Source: Thermoplasmata archaeon (GTDB taxonomy: Archaea > Thermoplasmatota > Thermoplasmata > Lutacidiplasmatales > UBA184). From it: DNA of 64,000 nucleotides. The notes under the pieces are model-generated. The model was given only the letters and a program-made list of their open reading frames with translations, had not been told where the DNA came from and did no database searches. Positions 54,872 through 63,534 of the stretch are shown one piece after another; the stretch's first letter is position 1, and every line of letters starts with the position of its first letter. The translations under genes and the position numbers were made by a program. Location of the stretch: assembly GCA_030038095.1 (NCBI GenBank), contig JASHPK010000017.1, positions 8,689 to 72,688 on the forward strand, in the 5' to 3' direction.

Positions 54872-55427
54872 GCCGCGGGGAGCCTCCCGAAGTACATATC
54901 GGCGGGCGAGTCGTCCGGCCGGCTCCGGAGGGGAGAGCACGGAAGGCCCCCGAAGTTATCGAGCGTCCCGCCCCCCCGGGCGAATCCCGCTTGAGCTCAA
55001 GATCGGGGCGGTCGGCTTCGTCGTCATCGCGGCGTTCGGCGTCGCGCTGTTCGGTGGGTTCATCCCGGGCCTGCGTCCGAACTACGCCGAACCCCGGACC
55101 GTCGAGATCCACGGAATTCCCTACTACTGGGAAGACTACGACATGCCCTGGCCCTATCCGCCCGCGAATTCGACCTCGCCGACCGCGCTGACCTTCCACA
55201 ACGTCACCTTCGCCATCTGGGTCACGAACTGGTACGGCGAGCAGGAGGGCGTGGTCCACGGGAACGGCACGGAACCGAACGGTACGGTGTTCTCGTTCGC
55301 GCTGGGTGGCGGGTCGCTCGGAGCGAACGTGAGCTCCGAGTACATCTCGCCCGACGGGGAGTTCGGGGCCGCCTGGTCCGGCCAGTTGTTCGTCGAGCTG
55401 CTCGTCCGGGCCCCCCTCGCGTCGTGA
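54870..55427 (+). CDS. hypothetical single-pass membrane protein
   Basis: TM segment IGAVGFVVIAAFGVALFGGFI followed by an extracytoplasmic W/Y/N-rich domain with sequons NST, NVT, NGT, NGT, NVS. The only in-frame canonical start after the antisense region is ATG 54870, giving a 38-aa Arg-rich N-tail. The start is uncertain. Confidence 0.4.
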   Translation: MPRGASRSTYRRASRPAGSGGESTEGPRSYRASRPPGRIPLELKIGAVGFVVIAAFGVALFGGFIPGLRPNYAEPRTVEIHGIPYYWEDYDMPWPYPPANSTSPTALTFHNVTFAIWVTNWYGEQEGVVHGNGTEPNGTVFSFALGGGSLGANVSSEYISPDGEFGAAWSGQLFVELLVRAPLAS

Positions 55428-55469
55428 GCCGAATGTTCCGGGGATCGAGCGCCCGACGCGTCGAACAGG

Positions 55470-56750
55470 GTGGATGCTAAGGGCAACGGATACGTTCGGG
55501 CCCCGGCGTTGCGGCGCCCGGTGGTGTCGACGTCGTCCAACGATCCCTTCCGATCGGTACTTCGCCACCGACAATTCCTGATCTTCCTGGCCTCGTCGAC
55601 CGCGGGGAACGTGGGGTACGCGGTCTACGCGATCTCGATCCCCTGGCTCACCTACTCGGTCTCGCACAGCTATGCGGTGGTCGGAGCCGCGCTCTTCATC
55701 GAGCTCGCCTCCTACGCGTGCGTCTTCCTCGTCGGCCCGATCGTCGACCGGACCTCGAACCAGCGCTCGATCTTCCTCGCGTGCTACCCTCCCATGGCGG
55801 TCGCCGTGTCGGCGATCGGCCTCGGCGCCGCGCGGGGCTTCCTGACCGTCCCGCTCCTCCTCGCCCTCGTCGCCGTGGTATCGATCCTCTGGGACTTCGT
55901 CTGGGCGGCGGACAACGCGGCCCCGGGAATCCTGTTGACGACCGACCAGCAGTTCGCCGCCCAAGGCATCACGGGCGCGGTCGGGAGCACGAACGCGATC
56001 GCCGGGTACGCGGCCGGCGGGGCGCTGATCTTCGTGGTGGGACCCTCGGGAGGACTGTACCTCTACGCGATCCTTCTCGTGGCGGGTGCGCTGCTCGCGC
56101 TCCCCTTGCGGATCATTCCGCCCCCGCACGAACCCGAGTCGTTCGCCGAGAGCTTCCGGGAAGGGTGGCGGTTCGTCGCGAGCGGCCCGGGCCGGCCGTT
56201 CCTGCAGCTCGGCAGCATCGACGGGGTCCAGGGGTTCTTCCTCGCCGCGCCGGCCCTCTACATCACGCTCTTCGCCGAGACGACGTTCCACGCGTCCGCC
56301 TTCGCCTACAGTCTCCTGTTCGTCTGTGAGGTCGTGGGCGGGGCGGCGGCGGGTTGGGCCTTCGGCCGGTGGAATCCCCGGTCGCGGGTCGGACCGCTGC
56401 TCGGCCTCACCCTCGTGTGCGCCTCCGCCGCGGTGGCCCTCAGCGCGGGAGCCCCTGCGTGGCTCGCCCTCGAGGCGGGCGCCTTCTTCGCGATCGGCTT
56501 CGCCTGGAGCTCGTACACCGACGTGAAGTACGCCTTCCTGCGCGGGGCCATCCCTCCCGGCCAGCTCGCGCGGGGGACGTCGAACCTCTGGCTGTTTCCC
56601 GGTGTGACGAGTTCCGCCGGGGCCCTCGTGCTCGGATCCCTCGCGACGAGCGGCGACCCTCGTCTGTTTGGCGGGGTCCTCGGGGCCGGCCTACTCGCCG
56701 CGGGGCTCCTGGCCTTCGCGATGCCGGCGGTTCGCTCGATGAAGTACTGA
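55470..56750 (+). CDS. MFS transporter
   Basis: 426 aa, about 12 hydrophobic segments. The loop GPIVDRTSNQRS is MFS signature-like. GTG start. Confidence 0.75.
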   Translation: MDAKGNGYVRAPALRRPVVSTSSNDPFRSVLRHRQFLIFLASSTAGNVGYAVYAISIPWLTYSVSHSYAVVGAALFIELASYACVFLVGPIVDRTSNQRSIFLACYPPMAVAVSAIGLGAARGFLTVPLLLALVAVVSILWDFVWAADNAAPGILLTTDQQFAAQGITGAVGSTNAIAGYAAGGALIFVVGPSGGLYLYAILLVAGALLALPLRIIPPPHEPESFAESFREGWRFVASGPGRPFLQLGSIDGVQGFFLAAPALYITLFAETTFHASAFAYSLLFVCEVVGGAAAGWAFGRWNPRSRVGPLLGLTLVCASAAVALSAGAPAWLALEAGAFFAIGFAWSSYTDVKYAFLRGAIPPGQLARGTSNLWLFPGVTSSAGALVLGSLATSGDPRLFGGVLGAGLLAAGLLAFAMPAVRSMKY

Positions 56751-56846
56751 TCCGCTCGCGGTCGGCGCCGCTCCCGACTCGCCCCGCCATTCCAGACGAG
56801 TACCTCTTCCTCTACTCCGGCTCGCTCCCCGGGGGTTGCGACGCCG

Positions 56847-57455
56847 ATGCACTTCTTCGACGCGGCGTACCAAGGGTCGCCTCCATGGGACATCGGGCGA
56901 CCCCAGCCGGCGTTCGTCCGCCTCGAGGAGAGCGGCGAGGTCGTCGGCCGGGTCCTCGACGTCGGATGCGGAACGGGGGAGAACGCCCTCTACTTCGCCC
57001 GCCGGGGGCATGCGACCTGGGGGGTCGACTTTGCCCCGACTCCGATCCAGCGGGCCCGGGAGAAGTCGTCCGAGCGAGGAGTGCCGGCCCGATTCGAGGT
57101 GGCGGATGCGCTCGCGCTCGAGGCGCTCGGGGCCCGGTTCGACACGATCACGGACTGCGGCCTCTTCCACACTTTCGACGACGACGAGCGGCCGCGCTAT
57201 GCGAAGAGCCTGCTCGGGGTTCTCGAGCCGCCCGGCCGGGTCCACATCCTGTGCTTCAGCGAGCGCGAGCCGGCCGACTGGGGGGGCCCGCGGCGCGTGA
57301 CCCGGCCCGAGATCCGTGCGACCTTTCGGGCGCCGTGGCAGGTGAGGTCGATCCGGGCCGAGCGGTTCGCCACCCGGTTTGAGGACGGCCGCGGCGAGGC
57401 CTGGCTCGCCACCCTGACGCTTCGGACCCGGCGCAGGTCGGGTGTGCGCGACTAG
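56847..57455 (+). CDS. class I SAM-dependent methyltransferase
   Basis: 202 aa. Motif I VLDVGCGTGENALYFA, WGVDFA, ITDCGLFHTF. Confidence 0.75.
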   Translation: MHFFDAAYQGSPPWDIGRPQPAFVRLEESGEVVGRVLDVGCGTGENALYFARRGHATWGVDFAPTPIQRAREKSSERGVPARFEVADALALEALGARFDTITDCGLFHTFDDDERPRYAKSLLGVLEPPGRVHILCFSEREPADWGGPRRVTRPEIRATFRAPWQVRSIRAERFATRFEDGRGEAWLATLTLRTRRRSGVRD

Positions 57456-57491
57456 ATGCTTCGGACGAAACGGGATCGGCTTCGGCCCGAG

Positions 57492-57650
57492 TCAGGGGTG
57501 CTTCGACATCGCCATGACCTCGAGCTCGCTCACCTTCTTGTGGTGCGCGTGCTCGACGTGCCACTGGGTCACGGCGACGAGCTCGCCCTTGTCCTTCGTG
57601 ATGACCTCGAATCCGTCGTCACAGGCGACCTTCATTCTTCCACAGCCCAT
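57492..57650 (-). CDS. DUF1059-like small protein
   Basis: MGCGRMKVACDDGFEVITKDKGELVAVTQWHVEHAHHKK... has the pattern C-x-D-x-G-F...H..E.H of DUF1059 as I remember it. Start is ATG 57650 or 57635. Confidence 0.5.
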   Translation of the reverse strand: MGCGRMKVACDDGFEVITKDKGELVAVTQWHVEHAHHKKVSELEVMAMSKHP

Positions 57651-57839
57651 GGCTCTCAACCTGCCTTTCGGCCCGGGAAGGATGGACGGGCGAGTGATAT
57701 ACCTTCTCATGGAGGAACGACCCGCGTACCGTCCCCCGAGCGCGAGCGCGGCGACCCGAGACCGTCGGGATAGAAAATCGTCTCGGCGTTCTCCCGATGC
57801 GGCGAATAGTGTGCACCCTCAAGAAAACCTAACGAAGGG

Positions 57840-57851
57840 TTTATTATTCAA
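57840..57851. promoter_or_regulatory. AT-rich patch (GGTTTATTATTCAAG)
   Basis: This is the most AT-rich dodecamer I noticed in the window. It lies about 85 nt upstream of the RHH sORF and in the divergent region with the DUF1059 gene. A promoter role is a guess. Confidence 0.25.
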
Positions 57852-57935
57852 GAACCCCGCCGTACCTTCGGCCACGCTGGCGGAACGACGTCCGCCGGCG
57901 GACGACTTTCCGGGTAAGTCGGAGGACCAGAGCAG

Positions 57936-58100
57936 ATGCCGAGGCCGAGGAAGAGCAAAGCCGATCGCCGAGTGCCGGTCGCCGTGTACTTGGAGCCCGC
58001 GCTCCTGCGACGACTGAAGGTGGCTGCCGACAGGGATCGCCGATCCGCGTCGACGCTGGCGGCCCTGTACATCGAAGCGGGACTGAAGAGCGGCACGTAG
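57936..58100 (+). CDS. ribbon-helix-helix (CopG/Arc/MetJ-like) DNA-binding sORF, 54 aa
   Basis: Absent from the ORF track, presumably because it is under 60 aa. ATG 57936 is preceded by GGAGGA 10 nt upstream. It translates to MPRPRKSKADRRVPVAVYLEPALLRRLKVAADRDRRSASTLAALYIEAGLKSGT, with TAG at 58098-58100. It has a basic N-tail, a beta-strand (VAVYL) and two helices, as in RHH proteins. Confidence 0.55.
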   Translation: MPRPRKSKADRRVPVAVYLEPALLRRLKVAADRDRRSASTLAALYIEAGLKSGT

Positions 58101-58179
58101 GCGGGAACCCTCTCCGCCCCCCGGCGCCCGCTCCCGTCGCCGGGGGGCTTTTTCGGCCCGTAAGAAACGGGTCCCACGT

Positions 58180-58722
58180 TCAGACCGACTCGAGCTGCGC
58201 CTCGCGATGGAGGACCGCTTCGACCTCGTCGGAGGTCGCTTCCGGCGCGGAGAGACCCAGCCGACGCATGTGCCGAAGGTCTTGGGCTCGGATGCGCCCG
58301 TAGAGCCACTCGAACTCGTGGAAGACGAGGGGGTCATCGAGCGTCTTTCTCAGCTGCCCGATCAGGTCGACCGGTCGGCGGACCGCCAGATAGTAGGCCG
58401 TGACCCAGGTTCCGAACGCCTCCCAGACCAGGTCCTCGTCGAGCACCTTGCGGTGGGTCAGGGTTCCCACGAGCTCGAAGAAGTTGATGACCTCCATGTT
58501 CGCGATGTCCTCGTGCGCCTGGCGGAGCAGCCGGTCCGAGAGGTGGCGTCGGACCGCGCGCATGCGCGCGGCGTCGTACCGTTCGCGCAGGCTCATCACG
58601 GCGTTCGCCGAGTTGAGGTGCTGGGAGGAGCGCGTCTGCCAATACATCAGCAAGAGCGTGCCGACGACCAGGATCCAGGTCCCGGCGAGCGACCACAGGG
58701 CGAAGCTGTACCAGTCGACCAT
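58180..58722 (-). CDS. hypothetical membrane-anchored helical protein (DUF4760-like)
   Basis: 180 aa. N-terminal TM FALWSLAGTWILVVGTLLLMYW followed by a helical cytoplasmic domain. The DUF4760 resemblance is from memory only. Confidence 0.5.
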   Translation of the reverse strand: MVDWYSFALWSLAGTWILVVGTLLLMYWQTRSSQHLNSANAVMSLRERYDAARMRAVRRHLSDRLLRQAHEDIANMEVINFFELVGTLTHRKVLDEDLVWEAFGTWVTAYYLAVRRPVDLIGQLRKTLDDPLVFHEFEWLYGRIRAQDLRHMRRLGLSAPEATSDEVEAVLHREAQLESV

Positions 58723-58793
58723 CGGGGGCGGCCTGGCTCGAAGACGCGGTCCCTCCTCGCGGGCCGGACGCCGGGAGGGCTAATAGGGGTGGC

Positions 58794-59021
58794 CTAGCGC
58801 GAGGCGTGGGCCCGGGCGACGTGCCGGGCCCGCCCGGCCTCGGAGGGGAACGTCTTCGGGCATTGGCCGCACGGGTATTCGGCAGCCTTCGGTTTCGCGG
58901 TCGGGGTCTCCGCCCCGGAATGGGACTCGGTCCGATGGGCCGCGAGGGCGTCTTCCGAACGGAAGATCATCCCGCAGTCCGAGCAGATCGCCTCGACCTC
59001 ATCGTACTCCACGTAAGGCAT
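58794..59021 (-). CDS. tandem classical C2H2 zinc-finger protein (75 aa)
   Basis: ATG 59021 inside ORF 58794..59192. Finger 1 is CSDC-GMI-F-RSEDA-L-AA-H-RTES-H and finger 2 is CGQC-PKT-F-PSEAG-R-AR-H-VARA-H. Both are C-x2-C-x12-H-x4-H. Confidence 0.55.
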   Translation of the reverse strand: MPYVEYDEVEAICSDCGMIFRSEDALAAHRTESHSGAETPTAKPKAAEYPCGQCPKTFPSEAGRARHVARAHASR

Positions 59022-59271
59022 AGCCGCCGGGGGCGAGTCCCGCGGAGCACATCGACCTTGCGGCCCCCCCGGGGAGCCCCGGTGGGTGCCTTCCCGAGGG
59101 GTCCCAGGCGTTGGCCCCCCTCCCCGGACGCCGAACCGAACGCCCGCGTTCCGATCGAAGAAGGAGCCGATCTCGGCCCCGCGTTCGGCCAACGGCGGAC
59201 CGATTCGGTGCTCGGTCGTCCAATCCGGGGACCCGGCCGTTCAAAAGGTGGTCCACGTTTCCCCCTCGGAT

Positions 59272-59901
59272 ATGGCCTGGACGGCGCTGAGGGGACGAGC
59301 GTGGAGGGTGCGTTCCGCTTCGTCGAGGGACGCCCGCGCCATCGCCGAGATCTACAACGAGGCGGTCCTCCACACCGCGGCCACGTTCGACACCGCACCT
59401 CGTTCCGTGGCGGAGCAACGCCGGTGGCTCGCCCACCATGCCCCCCGGTACCCCGTGGTCGTGGTGGAGGCGAACGGCGCGGTGGTGGGATGGGCCTCCC
59501 TGAGCGCCTGGTCGGATCGGTGCGCGTACGAGGACACGGCCGAGGTATCCTTCTACGTGCGGGAAGACTGGCGCGGCCGTGGAGTGGGCCGGGGACTCCT
59601 CACGAAGCTCGTCGTGGAGGCGGAGCGGAGCGGCCTGCACACGCTCCTCGCTCGGATTGCGATCCCGAATCCGGTGAGCGCCCACCTCCATCGGACCTTG
59701 GGATTCCGGTCGATCGGGGTGATGCACGAGGTGGGGCTCAAGTTCGGACGCCGGATCGATGTGGAGCTCTTCGAGCGGCTGCCGGACCCCCGACCGGCAC
59801 CGAAACTCCGAGGGCGTCTCGAGAAAGATGCTCCGGCCTGCTCCGGGGCGAATACGGGCAGGTCGTCTCCTCCGCAAGGACGGGCGAGTACGGCGGGGTA
59901 A
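59272..59901 (+). CDS. GNAT acetyltransferase, phosphinothricin/methionine-sulfoximine N-acetyltransferase-like
   Basis: ATG 59272. IAEIYNEAVLHTAATFD, VVGWASLSAWSDRCAYEDTAEVSFYV and RGRGVGRGLL are typical of the PAT/MddA subgroup. Confidence 0.75.
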   Translation: MAWTALRGRAWRVRSASSRDARAIAEIYNEAVLHTAATFDTAPRSVAEQRRWLAHHAPRYPVVVVEANGAVVGWASLSAWSDRCAYEDTAEVSFYVREDWRGRGVGRGLLTKLVVEAERSGLHTLLARIAIPNPVSAHLHRTLGFRSIGVMHEVGLKFGRRIDVELFERLPDPRPAPKLRGRLEKDAPACSGANTGRSSPPQGRASTAG

Positions 59902-59938
59902 CCGAGGCTTTTAATCGAACGCCGAACTCAGCCGAGGG

Positions 59939-60646
59939 ATGGGACTGCCGGAGTCCGTGGTGGAGCAGCTCCTTCGGGAGAACGAGAACCACGAGTGCCC
60001 CGATGCCCCCGAGATCTGCGTCCGGATCCGCGCGATCGCGAACCTGCCGACCCGTTTCGGCGACTACCAGGTGGTCGCCTTCTGGAACCCCTTGGATCAC
60101 AAGGAGCATGCCGCGTTCGTTCACGGCAACGTCTACGGCGCGGAAGAGGTTCCGGTCCGACTTCACTCCGAATGCCTGACCGGAGACGCCATCGGCTCCC
60201 TGCGGTGCGACTGCCGGGACCAGCTCACCGAGTCCCTCGAACGGATCGGCAAGATGGAGACGGGGGTCGTCCTCTACCTCCGGCAGGAGGGGCGGGGGAT
60301 CGGATTCACGAACAAGATCCGGGCCTACCAACTCCAGGACGCCGGCTACGATACCGTCCAGGCGAACGAGGCCCTGGGATTCCGCCCTGACGAGCGGGAC
60401 TACGGGATCGCGGCCCACATGCTGGGATCGCTTCACGTAGAGTCGATCCGCATCATGACCAACAACCCCGCCAAGGTCCGGGATCTGGAGCGCCACGGGG
60501 TGCGGATCGTCGACCGGATCCCCGTCGTGGTGCCCCCGAACGCCCGGAACTACGCCTATCTCGAGACGAAGGCGAAGAAGATGGGCCACCTGCTCGACCT
60601 CGAACAGACCGACGATCTCGACACCGCGGAGGAGAACGCGCGCTGA
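59939..60646 (+). CDS. ribA: GTP cyclohydrolase II
   Basis: VRLHSECLTGDAIGSLRCDCRDQL (zinc Cys triad), LYLRQEGRGIGFTNKIRAYQLQD, RDYGIAAHMLGSL, IRIMTNNPAK. Confidence 0.85.
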   Translation: MGLPESVVEQLLRENENHECPDAPEICVRIRAIANLPTRFGDYQVVAFWNPLDHKEHAAFVHGNVYGAEEVPVRLHSECLTGDAIGSLRCDCRDQLTESLERIGKMETGVVLYLRQEGRGIGFTNKIRAYQLQDAGYDTVQANEALGFRPDERDYGIAAHMLGSLHVESIRIMTNNPAKVRDLERHGVRIVDRIPVVVPPNARNYAYLETKAKKMGHLLDLEQTDDLDTAEENAR

Positions 60647-60665
60647 ACGCGTCCGAGCCGGGCGC

Positions 60666-61358
60666 TCACGCGGATCGGAAACCGTACAGCCCGAGGTCCT
60701 GGCACTGAAGGGCCTCCGAGCCGCGCTCCCCGGCCCAGCGTCGCAGGGCCGTGCAGAGCTCCCCGCCCGGACCATGATCCGCGATCGCGACCGAGCCGCT
60801 CCGGAACGTCCGGTCCACCCAACGGAACTCCGCCTGGCTCTCCCGATCCCGGTGCGGGACATCGTACAGAAAGAGATCGATTCGATCGAGCTCGCTCGTC
60901 ACCGCGGGAATCAGGTCTCGCTTGTCGCCGATGCGCAGGTCCCACCGGTGACGGAGGCGCTTCGGAATCGCCCACCCGGGAGACTTGCCTTCGGGAAGCG
61001 ACCAGGAGGCGGTGGGGCGACCGGAACGGGGTCGGTTCCGTTTCGGGAGGTCGATGGAGTGGAGGCGGCCTCGGCCGTTCCGCTCGAGAGCCTCGAGGAG
61101 GTAGGCCGAGGAGACCCCCGAGGAGACTCCGACCTCGACCACCTCCCGCGGCCGAATCAGGCGGGCCAGTGCGAACAGCTCGAGGGGAGCGTCAATCTCG
61201 ACATACCCCGGTCGGCCTCCTTCGCGATGCTTTCGAGCGAGATGGCGGAAGAGGGGGAGCTGCGCAGCCGCTTCCGCGATCGCCTCGGTCCCCGCCTCCA
61301 ACGATCGGCCCGCCAGCTCGGCGACCCAGCGGGGGTCCGGATGGTCCTCGACCTTCAC
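60666..61358 (-). CDS. class I SAM-dependent methyltransferase (O-methyltransferase family 3 / CmcI-like)
   Basis: VVEVGVSSGVSSAYLLEAL motif I, LHSIDLP, DLFLYDVPH. GTG 61358 overlaps the upstream stop (GTGA). Confidence 0.7.
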   Translation of the reverse strand: MKVEDHPDPRWVAELAGRSLEAGTEAIAEAAAQLPLFRHLARKHREGGRPGYVEIDAPLELFALARLIRPREVVEVGVSSGVSSAYLLEALERNGRGRLHSIDLPKRNRPRSGRPTASWSLPEGKSPGWAIPKRLRHRWDLRIGDKRDLIPAVTSELDRIDLFLYDVPHRDRESQAEFRWVDRTFRSGSVAIADHGPGGELCTALRRWAGERGSEALQCQDLGLYGFRSA

Positions 61359-61819
61359 CGAGCCCTCCCCCCCGCCGCGGCCTCGAGAGGGGCCGAGTCT
61401 CCGACCCACTCCCGGGCATGCTCGACCTGGGGGCGGACGGCACGGATGCGCTCGTACGCCGCGTCAAGCGAGAGGTTCTCGTACCGAAGGAGGTACCATG
61501 CCCCGGCCATCGGTGATCGGCGGACCCCGTGGCCACAGAACACGATCACCGGGCGGTGGCGCGCTCGGGCCGCGTGCATCTCCCGCGCGACGCGCTCGAG
61601 GTTCTCGACGATCGGTCGATCGTTCTTGTCGTCGTAGATCGGGATGTGGGTGGCCGGCGGCATGTCCTCGGGGGCTTCGTCCAGTACGCAGAACCGCTCC
61701 CCGTCAAAGCTCAACGCTTCCTTCCACCCTCCGACGAACACGCCGGGCGCGATCTCGGAAGGGGCAGAGCGGCGGCGTTGGCCGGTCCTCGCGGGGTTCG
61801 GGTTGGTTGCGACGGGCAC
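61355..61819 (-). CDS. dual-specificity / Cys-based protein phosphatase
   Basis: P-loop VFCGHGVRRSP (C-x5-R-S). N-terminal IAPGVFVGG. Start uncertain: GTG 61819 is preferred, and the track's ATG 62023 would add about 70 aa of low-complexity sequence. Confidence 0.65.
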   Translation of the reverse strand: MPVATNPNPARTGQRRRSAPSEIAPGVFVGGWKEALSFDGERFCVLDEAPEDMPPATHIPIYDDKNDRPIVENLERVAREMHAARARHRPVIVFCGHGVRRSPMAGAWYLLRYENLSLDAAYERIRAVRPQVEHAREWVGDSAPLEAAAGGRAR

Positions 61820-62253
61820 GCCGGGAGCAGGTCGACGGGGGATTATCAAGCACAGGTCGGCTGTACCGTCACTCGTCCGACTAGGGTTTTGTAGGCGATT
61901 TCCAACAGGAGACGCGGCATTTCTCCGGTCGCGCCGTCGTCTCCCTCGTTGCGGATCCTCGGGGGTAGGCGAAGTCCGGCATGGTCCGGGCGGCTGGGGG
62001 CTCGCTCGGAAGTAGCGGTTCACGGACCTCGAAGGACGCCGCCCGACTTGGGGAAGGTCTTCCGCGAGGAGCTCCTGGAGAGCTCGTAACGAAGGGCCGC
62101 CACCTTCTCCGCGCGTGGGACCGACGGGCCGGAGCCCGAGCTAGCACGGAGCTCGGCGTTTCGCCGGCGGGCGGACCGCGGGAACCCGGCGTGTCGATAA
62201 CGATTGACGCGCCCTTTATCCCCGAGCGTCGCCCCCTTTCCCTCAGGTAGGCC

Positions 62254-63393
62254 ATGCAGACGATCCAGGACAAGCGTACGGACCTCGCGGGACCGGGCAT
62301 CGGCGACTATCGCGAGCTCGAGAAGATCCTGCCGGACGATTACCACTCGCTGCTCTCGCCGAAGGAGACGCAGCGTGCGATCTATGCCGCGAAGGCGTAC
62401 ATCGAGGAGCACCTCTGTAAGGAGCTCAACCTGCTGCTCGTGCAGGTCCCGCTGATCGTGGAGGCGGAGAGCGGGGTCAACGACATGCTCGACCGCGATG
62501 GCTCGCGCACGCCGATCCAGTTCCACATCTCGAACGACCGGAACCTCCACCCCCTGGAGGCCCAGGTCGTCCAGGCCGCCACGAAGTGGAAACGCATGGC
62601 GCTGAACGAATTCGGCCTCGGCCCGGGCGAGGGCCTCATCACCGACATGCGGGCCGTGCGGAAGGACTACTTCCTCGACCACGACCACAGCGCCTACGTC
62701 GATCAGTGGGACTGGGAGCGCGCGATCACCGCCGAGGACCGGAACCTGGACTACCTCAAGGAGACCGTGAAGAAGATCTGGAAGGTGATCACCGGGGCGG
62801 AACGCCATCTCCACAAGCTGTTCCCGGCGCTCAAGGACCCGCGGTATCCCCCGCTCCCGGAGCAGATCCGGTTCATCCACGCGGAGGATATCCTCGAGAT
62901 GTACCCCGAGCTCCCGCGCAAGCAGCGCGAGACCCTGCTCGTCCAGAAGTATCCGGCGGTCTTCATCATCGGAATCGGCTGGCCGCTCAAGGACGGCTAC
63001 CCGCACGAGATGCGGGCGGCCGACTACGACGACTGGATCACGGAGGTCCATGGTCCGGACGGCCAGGTGACCCACGGGCTCAACGGGGACATCCTCGTCT
63101 GGAATCCGGTGACTCGACGCCGTCACGAGCTCATGTCGGGCGGGATCCGGGTCAACGCGGAGACGCTCCGTCAGCAGCTCGCGATGTCGAAGCAGCTCGA
63201 CTTCCTCAAGTTCCCGTACCATCAGGGGATCCTGAACGGCGAAATCCCGCTCAGCATCGGCGGGGGGATCGGGCAGTCCCGCACGCAGATGCTGCTCCTG
63301 CACAAGGCGCACCTCGGCGAGGTGAGCGTGACCGTCTGGCCACGGATCCTGAAGGAGATCTGCGCGCAGCGGGACATCCACGTGCTCGAGTGA
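62254..63393 (+). CDS. asnA: aspartate-ammonia ligase (asparagine synthetase A)
   Basis: 379 aa, co-linear with E. coli AsnA as I remember it. Shared motifs are AYVDQWDWER, RAADYDDW, GLNGDILVWNPV, SGGIRV and IGGGIGQSRTQMLLL. Confidence 0.85.
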   Translation: MQTIQDKRTDLAGPGIGDYRELEKILPDDYHSLLSPKETQRAIYAAKAYIEEHLCKELNLLLVQVPLIVEAESGVNDMLDRDGSRTPIQFHISNDRNLHPLEAQVVQAATKWKRMALNEFGLGPGEGLITDMRAVRKDYFLDHDHSAYVDQWDWERAITAEDRNLDYLKETVKKIWKVITGAERHLHKLFPALKDPRYPPLPEQIRFIHAEDILEMYPELPRKQRETLLVQKYPAVFIIGIGWPLKDGYPHEMRAADYDDWITEVHGPDGQVTHGLNGDILVWNPVTRRRHELMSGGIRVNAETLRQQLAMSKQLDFLKFPYHQGILNGEIPLSIGGGIGQSRTQMLLLHKAHLGEVSVTVWPRILKEICAQRDIHVLE

Positions 63394-63534
63394 GCCTCGG
63401 GGCTCTCGGGGGGCGCCGGTCTTCGGGACTCGACCGCCGGGGCGCGACGCTCGGCCGCCTCGCGCCGTTCCTCCCCGAGCGCTCGCGACGCCGAGACCCG
63501 AGCGGTCTTAGCCGTCGGGCGGATCCACGAGCGG

